Shown: piece by piece, positions 28,901-43,027 of the stretch | Numbering within the stretch: the first letter of the stretch is position 1 | Layout of the letters: each line of letters opens with the position of its first letter | Program-made: the position numbers and the translations under genes | Notes under the pieces: generated by a model | The model's database searches: none | Seen by the model: only the letters and a program-made list of their open reading frames with translations | Told to the model about the DNA's origin: nothing | Source: Proteromonas lacertae | Lineage: Eukaryota | Length of the DNA stretch: 64,000 nucleotides | Assembly: GCA_002245135.1 (NCBI GenBank) | Contig: NGBS01001173.1 | Span: forward strand, 62,001 to 126,000 | Reading direction: 5' to 3'

Positions 28901-31900
28901 TATAAAAGAGAATGATGTAGATCCATGTTATTTATATGATGAAGATAAAGTAATGGATTTACCAATAATCTATAATAACGAAAAAGATGAGAATGATGAA
29001 TTATTAAAGAATGAGTTATTAGAAGGTGATGAATTATTACCTAAAGAAGAAGAAGAAGAAGAAAAGTATAAAGAGAATGATGTAGATCCATGTTATTTAT
29101 ATGATGAAGATAAAGTAATGGATTTACCAATAATCTATAATAACGAAAAAGATGAGAATGATGAATTATTAAAGAATGAGTTATTAGAAGGTGATGAATT
29201 ATTACCTAAAGAAGAAGAAGAAGAAGAAGAAAGTATAAAAGAGAATGATGTAGATCCATGTTATTTATATGATGAAGATAAAGTAATGGATTTACCAATA
29301 ATCTATAATAACGAAAAAGATGAGAATGATGAATTATTAAAGAATGAGTTATTAGAAGGTGATGAATTATTACCTAAAGAAGAAGAAGAAGAAAGTATAA
29401 AAGAGAATGATGTAGATCCATGTTATTTATATGATGAAGATAAAGTAATGGATTTACCAATAATCTATAATAACGAAAAAGATGAGAATGATGAATTATT
29501 AAAGAATGAGTTATTAGAAGGTGATGAATTATTACCTAAAGAAGAAGAAGAAGAAAGTATAAAAGAGAATGATGTAGATCCATGTTATTTATATGATGAA
29601 GATAAAGTAATGGATTTACCAATAATCTATAATAACGAAAAAGATGAGAATGATGAATTATTAAAGAATGAGTTATTAGAAGGTGATGAATTATTACCTA
29701 AAGAAGAAGAAGAAGAAGAAAGTATAAAAGAGAATGATGTAGATCCATGTTATTTATATGATGAAGATAAAGTAATGGATTTACCAATAATCTATAATAA
29801 CGAAAAAGATGAGAATGATGAATTATTAAAGAATGAGTTATTAGAAGGTGATGAATTATTACCTAAAGAAGAAGAAGAAAAGAAGAAAGTATAAAAGAGA
29901 ATGATGTAGATCCATGTTATTTATATGATGAAGATAAAGTAATGGATTTACCAATAATCTATAATAACGAAAAAGATGAGAATGATGAATTATTAAAGAA
30001 TGAGTTATTAGAAGGTGATGAATTATTACCTAAAGAAGAAGAAAGAAGAAAGTATAAAAGAGAATGATGTAGATCCATGTTATTTATATGATGAAGATAA
30101 AGTAATGGATTTACCAATAATCTATAATAACGAAAAAGATGAGAATGATGAATTATTAAAGAATGAGTTATTAGAAGGTGATGAATTATTACCTAAAGAA
30201 GAAGAAGAAGAAGAAGAAAGTATAAAAGAGAATGATGTAGATCCATGTTATTTATATGATGAAGATAAAGTAATGGATTTACCAATAATCTATAATAACG
30301 AAAAAGATGAGAATGATGAATTATTAAAGAATGAGTTATTAGAAGGTGATGAATTATTACCTAAAGAAGAAGAAGAAGAAGAAAGTATAAAAGAGAATGA
30401 TGTAGATCCATGTTATTTATATGATGAAGATAAAGTAATGGATTTACCAATAATCTATAATAACGAAAAAGATGAGAATGATGAATTATTAAAGAATGAG
30501 TTATTAGAAGGTGATGAATTATTACCTAAAGAAGAAGAAGAAGAAGAAGAAAGTATAAAAGAGAATGATGTAGATCCATGTTATTTATATGATGAAGATA
30601 AAGTAATGGATTTACCAATAATCTATAATAACGAAAAAGATGAGAATGATGAATTATTAAAGAATGAGTTATTAGAAGGTGATGAATTATTACCTAAAGA
30701 AGAAGAAGAAGAAAGTATAAAAGAGAATGATGTAGATCCATGTTATTTATATGATGAAGATAAAGTAATGGATTTACCAATAATCTATAATAACGAAAAA
30801 GATGAGAATGATGAATTATTAAAGAATGAGTTATTAGAAGGTGATGAATTATTACCTAAAGAAGAAGAAGAAGAAGAAGAAAGTATAAAAGAGAATGATG
30901 TAGATCCATGTTATTTATATGATGAAGATAAAGTAATGGATTTACCAATAATCTATAATAACGAAAAAGATGAGAATGATGAATTATTAAAGAATGAGTT
31001 ATTAGAAGGTGATGAATTATTACCTAAAGAAGAAGAAGAAGAAAGTATAAAAGAGAATGATGTAGATCCATGTTATTTATATGATGAAGATAAAGTAATG
31101 GATTTACCAATAATCTATAATAACGAAAAAGATGAGAATGATGAATTATTAAAGAATGAGTTATTAGAAGGTGATGAATTATTACCTAAAGAAGAAGAAG
31201 AAGAAAGTATAAAAGAGAATGATGTAGATCCATGTTATTTATATGATGAAGATAAAGTAATGGATTTACCAATAATCTATAATAACGAAAAAGATGAGAA
31301 TGATGAATTATTAAAGAATGAGTTATTAGAAGGTGATGAATTATTACCTAAAGAAGAAGAAGAAGAAAGTATAAAAGAGAATGATATAGATCCATGTTAT
31401 TTATATGATGAAGATAAAGTAATGGATTTACCAATAATCTATAATAACGAAAAAGATGAGAATGATGAATTATTAAAGAATGAGTTATTAGAAGGTGATG
31501 AATTATTACCTAAAGAAGAAGAAGAAGAAAGTATAAAAGAGAATGATGTAGATCCATGTTATTTATATGATGAAGATAAAGTAATGGATTTACCAATAAT
31601 CTATAATAACGAAAAAGATGAGAATGATGAATTATTAAAGAATGAGTTATTAGAAGGTGATGAATTATTACCTAAAGAAGAAGAAGAAGAAGAAGAAAGT
31701 ATAAAAGAGAATGATGTAGATCCATGTTATTTATATGATGAAGATAAAGTAATGGATTTACCAATAATCTATAATAACGAAAAAGATGAGAATGATGAAT
31801 TATTAAAGAATGAGTTATTAGAAGGTGATGAATTATTACCTAAAGAAGAAGAAGAAGAAAGTATAAAAGAGAATGATGTAGATCCATGTTATTTATATGA

Positions 31901-32742
31901 TGAAGATAAAGTAATGGATTTACCAATAATCTATAATAACGAAAAAGATGAGAATGATGAATTATTAAAGAATGAGTTATTAGAAGGTGATGAATTATTA
32001 CCTAAAGAAGAAGAAGAAGAAAGAAAGTATAAAAGAGAATGATGTAGATCCATGTTATTTATATGATGAAGATAAAGTAATGGATTTACCAATAATCTAT
32101 AATAACGAAAAAGATGAGAATGATGAATTATTAAAGAATGAGTTATTAGAAGGTGATGAATTATTACCTAAAGAAGAAGAAGAAGAAAGTATAAAAGAGA
32201 ATGATGTAGATCCATGTTATTTATATGATGAAGATAAAGTAATGGATTTACCAATAATCTATAATAACGAAAAAGATGAGAATGATGAATTATTAAAGAA
32301 TGAGTTATTAGAAGGTGATGAATTATTACCTAAAGAAGAAGAAGAAGAAAGTATAAAAGAGAATGATGTAGATCCATGTTATTTATATGATGAAGATAAA
32401 GTAATGGATTTACCAATAATCTATAATAACGAAAAAGATGAGAATGATGAATTATTAAAGAATGAGTTATTAGAAGGTGATGAATTATTACCTAAAGAAG
32501 AAGAAGAAGAAAGTATAAAAGAGAATGATATAGATCCATGTTATTTATATGATGAAGATAAAGTAATGGATTTACCAATAATCTATAGTAATGATAAATG
32601 CTTGATGAATACGAAACATAAAGTATTTTCGTTTGATAAATCTAAAGTTAGAAAAGGAATATTAATATTTGTTGATAAGAAGGATAAGAGAATTATTTTG
32701 TTTGACGAATCTAAAATAATTAAAACTAAAACTATAGATTGA
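10913..32742 (+). CDS. Giant acidic tandem-repeat protein (~7,200 aa if the array indels are errors)
   Basis: Exons 10913-10963 and 10992-11137, then 11166 onward (28-nt introns). A unique N-terminus reads in frame into the array, and the array reads into a unique C-terminus ending TGA at 32742. Many small indels interrupt the frame between ~13.9 and 32.0 kb. Confidence 0.65.
11440..32587 (+). repeat. Near-identical coding tandem array, unit 162-168 bp (54-56 aa), roughly 129 copies
   Basis: Unit DPCYLYDEDKVMDLPIIYNNEKDENDELLKNELLEGDELLPK-E(5-7)-SIKENDV. Recurring variation is limited to GAA copy number and a GTA/ATA (V/I) variant. Copy number is estimated as length divided by unit size. Confidence 0.97.
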
Positions 32743-32858
32743 ACTATTATTTGATTTATTTTTGTTGATGTATAAATTATATAATAAATAATGAAAAATA
32801 TAGCTAATATTACATATTAATAGCAATTCTAAATACTCTTTGTAATAATATACTTAAA

Positions 32859-35404
32859 CTATTTCAATCCATTAAAACCGTTATAATTATGATATGCTAA
32901 TAATGGATTATAATTATTCACTTTATATTGGTTTTGATAAGTTATATTCCTTTTTTCACTCACAATTGATTGTCCTTGAATTATAGGAACAGAAACTAAA
33001 GGAGTAATTTTCTGGTTTGTTGTTAAAAATGTGGTTTTATCTCTTGAACGGGGTGTTGTTCTACTTCTTTCACTTGATCTTGACCTGTTATATGTAGTAT
33101 ATTTTGTAGAAGAAGGATGAGGAGAACCAAGACCAAATTTATTCTGTATATAAGAAGAACCTTTCAATATTTTCACTGTTTGTTGTTGTTGTTGCTGCTG
33201 CTGCTGCTGTTGTTTATATTGTAATCTTAGTTTCAATTGATCTGAGAGAGAGGAAGAAGTTGCAAAAGAATACTTATTAATTCCAGACATATTTGAATTA
33301 ATTACAATTTTGGGATTATCACTTAGATGGCTAGTAATATATAATTCACTATCTCTATTACTGGTAGTAGAAATATTTGCAGCTTTTCTACTGGGAGATG
33401 AGATTGGTGATCTTTTTATAAATATTGCTGAAGATTCATTATTATTGTTACTAGTGACATTGACATTTTCTAATTTTGAAGATAATGTAGATGATGTATT
33501 ATTAGTTACAGAAGAAGAATTAGGTTTAGAAGATGAAGATGTAGTTGAATTTGCATTGGTATTTGGATTAACACGAGATGATAAATTACTTGGTGTTAAT
33601 GGTAATGGAGTTTTTGGTACAGTAATAGTTGTAAGACGAGTTAAAGATGTTGTTGTTGTTGTTGGAGTTTTTGGACGATTTGAAAATAGTTTGATTGAAG
33701 TTCGTGGTGTTGTATGTGTTACAGGAACTATATAATAATAATAAAATAGAGAGATAGATATATACTTGAATTTGCTCTTCTAGTTGACATTTTTGTTCTT
33801 TGTAATGGTTTTCTATAAGAAGGAATATTCTTTTCTTCATATTCTTCATCATCTTCTTCTTCTATATCTTCACTTTCACCTGTTTTACTACTCTTTTTTC
33901 TCACAATTACTGTTCCTCTTGATCCTTTACCGTTCAATTCTTCAGCTGCAGATAAGAATTGATCATATTTCTTTTGTTTTTCTGGATCATCTGATGGATA
34001 GATCAATTTAAGAATGTTTGAATATTTCAATTCTAATTTTGCTCTTTTTTCTTCATATTTTTCTTTTATTTTCACTTTATCAATACTATTCTTAGTTGTA
34101 TCTCCTCCATATAACCTTCTTTTTGCAGATATTCCATGATATTTACTGACATGTTTTCGATCATATGCAGATACTTGAATCATTGACAAAGTAGTACCAA
34201 TTACTTCAGTTTTCACTTGATTATCTAATGGACTGTCACAGGTAAATGATGGAGAATGATTTACTTCCATTAACCTATTAATTATATATATATATATATA
34301 TAATTTATACCATGGTTTACACTTCCTATCTACCAAAATATCAAATCCCAAGACTTCAAAACAATTATTATTTTCCATTTCATCGGGTATTGAAGTATGA
34401 TATGTATGTGCTAATATTGGTTGAATCATTATAATTGTCTTCACAATTACATCACACATATCTATCCAGAATTTATCACTATCATATCCTTGTTCAGTGA
34501 GGTATTTTAAAAACCAAATTATACTACGTTTAGTACCTCTTCCTATATCAGGAATATCAGATTTTATTTCAAAATCTTTTTCTGCTTTGTTTACTGCATA
34601 GTTTGTTAAATGCATTTTCATTTTTCCTAAGTTCTTTGAAGTTGGATCTGTATATTTTACAGTACAAATTCTCACTAGCCCATCGTGGAATATATATATT
34701 CTTAATGGATCACAACAAGTGACTAAAACATAGATTCTTAAATCAAACTAAATAAATATAAACGTTAAATATATAATTTTTATACTTTATAACCTTCAAT
34801 AAGCAAAGGTTTTGAGATATATATTTGTGCAACAGATTTTTCAGTTTGACTGATTTTTTCTAGTTTTTTGGTTAGAATAATGCCTCGTCCTTGACATCCT
34901 GCATCTGGCTTTACTATCATCACTTTATTGGATTTACCATTGATAAAATGGGACTTGAATTCTAACCAATCTTGGGGTAATAGAAATGTCTTTGGATAGA
35001 AATTGTAATCATCTGGAAATAGTTTCTGCATTTTATTTAAATGAAATCCCATTAGATTCTTTCGACATATATTCAACATTCCAGGAAAATGGTTAATTTT
35101 TTGATAGGATTGAAGTTTCATAATACGTTCAGGTAATACCGATAGATCAGACCAATATACATTCCATGGAACTTCATCATCGTCGCAACACCTATACCAA
35201 CCTTTTGCTTCAGCACACCGCTGAACAACTTCATAACTAATGAAAATTAAATTTCTATATTTTATACACTGTGTTTGTCATGTTAATATAGACGGCTGGC
35301 TTATGACTCTTAGATTTCTTTTTGTCTTCAATTGGCACAGGATCAGGGTATATTACATGACCACATTCATCCAGCAAAGTTTCTTCTGAACCATTATAAG
35401 TCAT
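32859..35404 (-). CDS. TTLL6: Tubulin polyglutamylase, TTLL6/TTLL13-like
   Basis: Motifs WNVYWSD, QKINHFPGM..ICRKN, FYPKTFLLP, IVKPDAGCQGRGI, GYK|FDLRIYVLV, MHLTNYAVNK, CFEVLGFDIL, KPW|LMEVNHSPSF. Four GT-AG introns and a low-complexity S/T/Q tail. Confidence 0.88.
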
Positions 35405-35600
35405 ATTTGAAACATTCAATTTTAAAAACTAACAGTTTTTGGTAATTACAATCTGACATGTCGTTTTATGTAATTTCTTGTCAAACACAAAAAAATGTTA
35501 ATAAAAGAATATGAAATTAATATAAATTATATTCTATTGCTTTTAATGCAATTATATAATAAAATTAGGGTTAGTTTATGAAAACACGATAATATACCAA

Positions 35601-38600
35601 TTACTTATCTTGTGGAGTAGTGGGGATGGTTCTAACCTTATCTTTCACTCTTCTCAATAACACTGTATGTTTTGATTCAAATATATCAGTCACTTTTGCT
35701 TTTTCTTGAATTATCTGAATAGCATCGTTTAATTCTTTCACATATCCTGCCAATTTGCTAATACCTTCACCATGACCAGTAAGAGTTGATTTAATTCTCT
35801 TCACTTCTTTCACTAACGATTTACCAATCTCCAAACTGTTATTTTCTTTATCTTCAGATTTAATATCAAATTGTTTTTTCATTTTCTTCTTCTTTTCTTT
35901 CTTAAACAATCCATTAGCTGTCCAGTAAATCACACCATCTCTTCCTTCCATTTTTGTACCCCAATAATCTTCATCTAATAGTTCTAAAACAACTGATCTT
36001 CTTTTAATATCGAAATTATCTTTAGAATCAGTTTGCATACTCAAAATATCATCTACCATATATTCAGCCATCAAAATTTCCCAATTGATAACTGACTGTT
36101 CTCTCACTTTTGGATATAATTCTGCGACGATACCTACGAATAGTGATACCAATGCGATTGATAAGAAGACATATACTATGAAATAAATAGTATAAACGAA
36201 TCTTCTATCTAAATTATAGGTAATATCATAATTGTTATTGAATGAAGATGAGAATAATTGGAAGAAAACGTATAACAAATTTGAAAACTGTTCAACTTCA
36301 GCACTGTAGGAAACAGCATAGGAAATTGAAGTCATTAGTGTAATAAAGAAGAAAGCGAATAAATAAAGCATCACATCAATATCTCTTATAGTATCTATAA
36401 TTGCTAAAATCATAGGTCCCCATGTAGGAATATAACGGAAGAATTTAATCAATCTTAGACCATATAGGAATTGTAATACTGAGATGAAATCTAATTCGTA
36501 TTTCATAGTGGTTAGTATGCTGGAATAATCGGTGAAGGTTGTAGAGGAGAAATCGATTGTATAACTATTGATCTATTTAAATAAAATATAATTATATAAT
36601 TATATATATATACAATTTGACACAATATAAAATCCCATAGTAATAGTATTAAAATACATAAAATAATAATCCAATCAAACAATAACCAACCATCTTTAAA
36701 TTGATTTGAGAAACCTCTATTTCTATAAATATCTTTAACCTTATAATAAGCTTCATATAATAATTCACTAAGTAATGCAATATCGAAATAATACTATTCA
36801 AAAATAATGATAAATTAATAAAAATATAATAATATACTGATGGTGCATGTTGTAAATCAATGATATTACCAGATTCTACATACCAAGTAGGTTCAAATTC
36901 ACCTGTTTCTTCTTTATTACCAGATAATGTAACTAGTGCTAATCTTTGAGTTGATGGATTATAGAAATTGAATTTTATTTTCAATGATCTTGTCCATTCA
37001 TCTGTTAAACCATTTTGAACTAACTGTTGATATTCTAATTGAGCATTTTTCAAATTACCAATTGGTATATCTTTTTGAAAAGTTGTTTTTACTTTTCCTT
37101 TCATACATACCAAATCTTTATTCACTACTAAATCCCATTGACTACAACTGTCACTTTCATAAGAATCAATTTCTATTCTCATTGAACCAAATAAAAATGT
37201 ATTTCCATGATAAACAGTCATTCCATTCACTTTAGAAACTTGTAACATTCCATAATCATCAGGATTCAGCAGTACATCTGCTATATAGTTGTTGTAATCA
37301 TGATAATTGTATAATAAAAAGTAATTATATTGTGTTAAGTCATTTTTAACGAGAGTTTGATAAGCATTTTCAAAATCAGGTCTGTAGTTAGGAAATAATG
37401 GAGTAAAAGCGATATATAATATATAAAATGCAATAGCAACAATAGCAGGTATTAAACAGGCAGTTATTCCATAAACATTTCTTCTATGTTTCACTTCACC
37501 ACTTGTTGATAATAATTCTACCACTTTTGCTGCTCTTAATTTACTTTTAATTTGCTTTTCGGATTTCTTTTCACCAATTGCATTTTTCAACTGTTTTTTC
37601 CATTTTTCTTTTACTGTTAAAGTTTCATATCTACAAGCTTCATGGTCATCTTTCTTTTTTGGCGCTTTTATTCTTTTTAATTTCTTTTTATTACTGTTAT
37701 TATCATCATTATCATCTTTATCTTTCTTCCAACATAACCATCCACTTTTCTTCTTCTTCTTTTCATTATTATTATCATCTAAATTAATAATATCAATTCC
37801 ATTAGCAGAATCATCTTTATTCACCATACCATTGTCTTCCTTTTTCTCTTTCATTTCTTCATTAATTGTGGCTGTAACTTGCTTCAGTAAAGCTCTACCA
37901 TATGGAGAAATCAATGTTCCATCTTCTTCCATTGGATTTACTCCATGTTCTAACAATATCTGTATAACAGGAGTATGACCAGCTTTGACTGCTAAACTTA
38001 AAGGTGAATATTCACAATAATCAATAATCTTCTTATTCTTCTCATTATTTGTATTATTGTTATTATCTTCATCATTATCATTATCACTATCTTGATAACT
38101 ATCTCTACCAGTTTCTTTATTGATTCTTCCTGTTTTCATTCTATCAGTGTCTTGTGTTGATTCTCTATTAGTCATTGCTGATATGTTGTTACTGGTATTA
38201 TTATTATCATTTGAAGTTGTTGGAATTAATGGAGTTCCAGGTCTTGATCTTGATGACATAAAACCACCAGCACCACCTCTTCCACTTCTTAATTGGTCAT
38301 TACTATTACTACCCTCTTTGTTGTTATTATTACTTAACATCATACTGTTACCTAAACTACTCATTTCTTTCTGATGTTTTTGTAATTTTGCTATGGCATT
38401 CATAGATGATTCTCTTCTTGAACTTTGCATATTCTTTCTAGAAGAATTGATTGGTGAATTTACATTACTGTTTAATTCATCAGGATTTCTAAATACTGAT
38501 TTGATTAATGGATTATTATCTTTTGCTGGAGTTCTCATTACAGCATTTGGTATTTTTAATAATGGAACTGGTTCTATATTATTATTATTATTATTTCCTC

Positions 38601-41600
38601 CAGAATTATCATTATTAATAGATGGAGTATTTGGTGTTGTTGGTGATTCATTATTATTATCAATTCTTCTTGATACTGGATTAGGTGTTTTGATTAATAA
38701 TGATCTATTCATTGACATTGGGGATTCAGTATTGGAAGTAATATTCTGTATAATTGCACCTGAAAGTCTTTTATTTGTTGCACCTCTTGATAATACACTT
38801 GTACGTTTATTCGGTTTTGTTTTTGGTGTATTATTTTCTGTAGTTGGTGTATTATTATTTGTTCCATCTGATGGGAATTTCAAACCTCCAACTGGGTTAC
38901 TATTAGCATCAGGTGTTAATATAGATCCTTTTTGTAACGACTCTTTATTTTTATTCTTTTTTACCAACATACTTTTCTTCTTAGTAAATGCTGGTTCATT
39001 ATTATCTTTATCTTTATTTTTTCCTTTATTCTTACCTTTTGCTATTGCATCTATTTGTTTCTTAACAGAATCATTCTCATTTTGTTGTTGTTTATCATCT
39101 TCAATAGGTAAAACTTTACTAGTTCTAGCTGTAGCATGAAAGAATATATTATTACTATGTTCAATTCTACTATGCAAAGTATTCAAATCGACTGAATTAT
39201 CTCTTAATAATAACGCTAATATTTTATCATGTCCGTTTGCACATGCATGATGTAAGGCTGTGTAGCCGTTATTATCTTTCTCCAATACTTGTGCCCCAGA
39301 TCTTAACAATAAATCAACAATTTGATAATTACCTAAAAATACAGCTAACATTAAAGGAGTCATTCCTGTATTATCTTTAAGTTCAATATTCGCTTTGAAT
39401 TTAATTAATAATTCACAAACAGCTAAATGTCCTCTTTTTACAGCTAAATATAAAGGGAAATGACCATATTGTTTGTCTTTATAGTTTATATTTGCAACTA
39501 TATCATCATCTGATTGGATTAGTAGTGGAATAATATCGATTTGATCATTTCTACAAGCTCTATGTAAATACAAATTGAACAATTGTTTTTTCAATTTTTC
39601 TGTTTCTTTCATATTATGTTTTAAAGAGTGATAATCATCGTAAACATTAGCTGTAGAAATCAAAGCAGGATCTTCTCTTACTTGAACAAATGAATAACCT
39701 AACAACAAAATATCCCGAATTATCTCCAAATTATCCATTTGAAATGAACATTTTTCTTCATCTGATAAATACTCATATGGAACTAATAAATTCGATGTTT
39801 TACCTGTTGCATTACTATTCACATCTGGACTATATTTACATCCATTATCCATCATGTTCTTACTCCATATTTCATGTGTATTCTTTGATAATCCTTGAAT
39901 TAACATCAATAAATTAGGATCAATTTCTATATCATCTGTACATAATACAGCTGGATAATAATCTTCAGGAGTAGCTGTTTCATCCCAATCAGCTTTTGTT
40001 GCTTCAACAATACCTTCTTGTTCACATACTAATTCATATCCGAAATATTTAATCATTTTTATAGTATTTGTTACATCTTTTACATAATTCTTTCTTTCAT
40101 TCACTGTCATTGCATTCCAAGGAATTAACATCGGATCAATCATAGCATTTTCATCTCTTTGCATTCCTAATTGCCATCCTTCATCTATCTTCTCTCTCGC
40201 CCATAACTCATGTTCATTGATTGCTAAACATTCGATTAAATCCTTCAAATTATCATCATCTTCGATTAAGTTACTTGGATCTATAGGATGTGGTTGGTAT
40301 TTATAACCTTCAGTTTCTCGTTTATCTACACCCAATAAGGAGATACAGGTGTTTTTAGTACAGTTACAATATGTATCAGCGATTAAACCTTTATATTCAG
40401 TATCATGACCTTTATGGCATTTTTGATTGCAAATTAGACAGATGAATACATCGCAGGTTTTACATCGATACATATGTTGAGTGATTGGATTAGTGAAGTT
40501 GGCAAAAGCAAATGTACATGATTTACGATCTATATTATAATAATAATAAATGCAAAAAAGAAATAGATTTATACATTTTAATCTTCGAGTAAATTTCAAC
40601 AATAATTCATCTATTTCTATACTATTTTCATCAAATCTCAACAATCCTTCTACTACATCACTTTTTCCTGTTATTATCATATAATTCAATAATTTATAAA
40701 CTGCTTGACCTGTGCATCTAATTACTATGACTTCCTGCCATTATTAATGATTTACAACAAGCGATATCATCTTTTAATATCTAATAATAATATATATATT
40801 ACAATATATACAGCATAATCTAATTCACAATAACCTGTTTCTTCATTAATATCATTCAATTCGATAAAATTTGGCCATTCATTCATCACTATATCAATAA
40901 CTTCACTTTGGTTATTCCAAGCAGCAATATCGATCTAAATTACAATAATATTAAGAAATAAATATTTATATATACAATATTATAACCTTGTTTTAATCGA
41001 CGATTGATTAAATTCTTTTCTTTAAACATTTCACGATAATCTTCAGTCAATACACTATCAAATAAACCATATTTACAATTATAAAACAAACAATCCCAAC
41101 CACGATCATCTATATTTATCATTAATTGAAAGATTTTGGCTTTCTTCTTTAGTTTTTCATTGATTATGTTGAACATCTTTTCAGTTACATTTTTATCACT
41201 ATGAATGGATAAAGATATACAATTTGCATGATATCTAGATTTGGCTTGAGATTTGACTTTACTGTTACTTAATAATAGTGAAACTATTTCATAATTTGCC
41301 ATTTCACAAGCGATCATTATTGGAGTATAACCATCAGTATATGAAGGTAAATTCAAATCTGCACAACCTGAAGTTATTATCTTTTCAGCAATCTATTCAA
41401 CAAATTAATATATATATATATATACTTCAGTTCTATTTAATCTACAAGCTAAATGTAATGGAGTATCACCCATTATATTCTGAATATTCATTCCAATTTC
41501 ATAATTAAATAACAAATCAACTAAATTACTTCTTCCAGATTTAACTGCACAATGATATAGATTCTCATCCAAAGGAGCACATTTTCCATTTATCTTTACA

Positions 41601-42897
41601 TTATCATTCGAAGTTGTTATTTTATCTAATAACCTTTTAACTATTTCATCACTTTCATAATAAATAGCATATCGAATATCACTTATTTCAGGTGTTTCTT
41701 CACGTAAACAAATTACATAGCTATTGGTATTATTATCAGCTAAAATTCCTTCACTACCTCCAAATACAAAATCTTCACCACAACAAATTATTTCATTTTT
41801 TTGCCATAATTCAAAACATATGGTTGGATGATCTGTTCCAACAGTTTCATGTAAAAATTGGAAATTTTTATTCAACCAATTAGGATGTTTATTGTGGTTT
41901 GGCCATAAAATGAATAAATTACATCGACATTTACTTCGCATTGATAAAAAATCATTTGCTGTATTAGTACGATCAGCTTGATAGCCACTTATAAAAAAAC
42001 TATTTATTATCATACTAGGAATTGAAGTAAATTTATTCTTCTTATCAACCCAAGGTTTTTCATCTACATTTAATGGACTCGGACTGATTTGATACTTATT
42101 CATTGATTTTACTGAGATTATATCAGCTATTGGATTTTCATTATTACTATTATAATCTTTCTCAGCAATTGTGGCTAATTCTGGACTAGTTGATAAGATT
42201 AAATTGATTTTTTCATATTCAAATTTTTTATAAATTTCTTTACATTCATCTATATTGTAACCTTTACAAGCATCACTTATACAATAAATTGTAGTTTTAT
42301 TCACATGCATATTACAGTCTAGTATATTGTATTGTAAACCATATTCAACAGCTATTATATATTATATTGTATTATATATACGTAAACCACAAAAATATAT
42401 TTCATTTATATTATTTTTATTCAATATATCTTGTAATACACAACTTGCAGTTTCTTTACTTTCTAAATTCAATTTTCGAGTTTCACGGAAACCACTATAA
42501 TTATCTCGACTAGGATGAATACCACAGTTTATTATTATATCACTTGGACGAGTTATTAATTCTGGGTGTAATTCTGCTCCATATGTTCCAGCTACACAGT
42601 AATCTTTCCATAACATCTGAGGACCTATTCCTGGTAAGTGACTTACTTTACCACAGGGAAAGCCAGGATTGTTTGAAGCAAAAGAGATGTGATTGAGAGG
42701 ATGCCATAATTTTAGAATTATTGTAAAGTCAAATGCTTTTCGACGAATTTTGTTGATTATTGGAATTATTTCTTCAGCTTCAGGAACAGGAACTACTCCA
42801 TTACTGAAAAAATCATTCTATTATTATTAATAATATACTATTCTCATACTTGAACATCAACGATTATAAGAGCACGAATTTGAGATCCTTTAGGCAT
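35601..42897 (-). CDS. Multidomain cation channel: degenerate nicotinamidase, ankyrin repeats, UBR-like Zn finger, two RyR repeats, ankyrins, PKD/TRP-like channel (PKDRR-like)
   Basis: ATG at 42897, with exons joined by small GT-AG introns through all listed ORFs. PncA-like RALIIVDVQ|NDFF; ANK motifs (GDTPLHLA, GMTPLMLA, GYTALHHA); RyR repeats (LAINEHELWAREKIDEGW, LSKNTHEIWSKNMMDNG, LVPYEYLS); channel segment LRLIKFFRYIPTWGPMILAI...SLFVGIVAELY. One +1 shift is needed at TAG 40718-40720. Confidence 0.8.
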
Positions 42898-43027
42898 TTT
42901 ACTCTCTTTTTATCAAAATGAAACGAAGTTTGATATTGGCTTGATTTGTGAAAAGCTTGAAATCTTTTTTTTTTCAATTCTAAATTAATCATTTTGTGCT
43001 GATTCTAGTTGCTTGAAATCCGTGAAT

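Noticed and set aside
13868..32042. Many separate ORFs or genes within the array
   Set aside because: They are fragments of one repeat frame broken by small indels, most likely consensus errors.
11440..32587. CRISPR array or transposon-derived repeat
   Set aside because: Units are contiguous with no unique spacers, there are no cas or transposase genes, and the repeat is in frame with spliced unique coding flanks.
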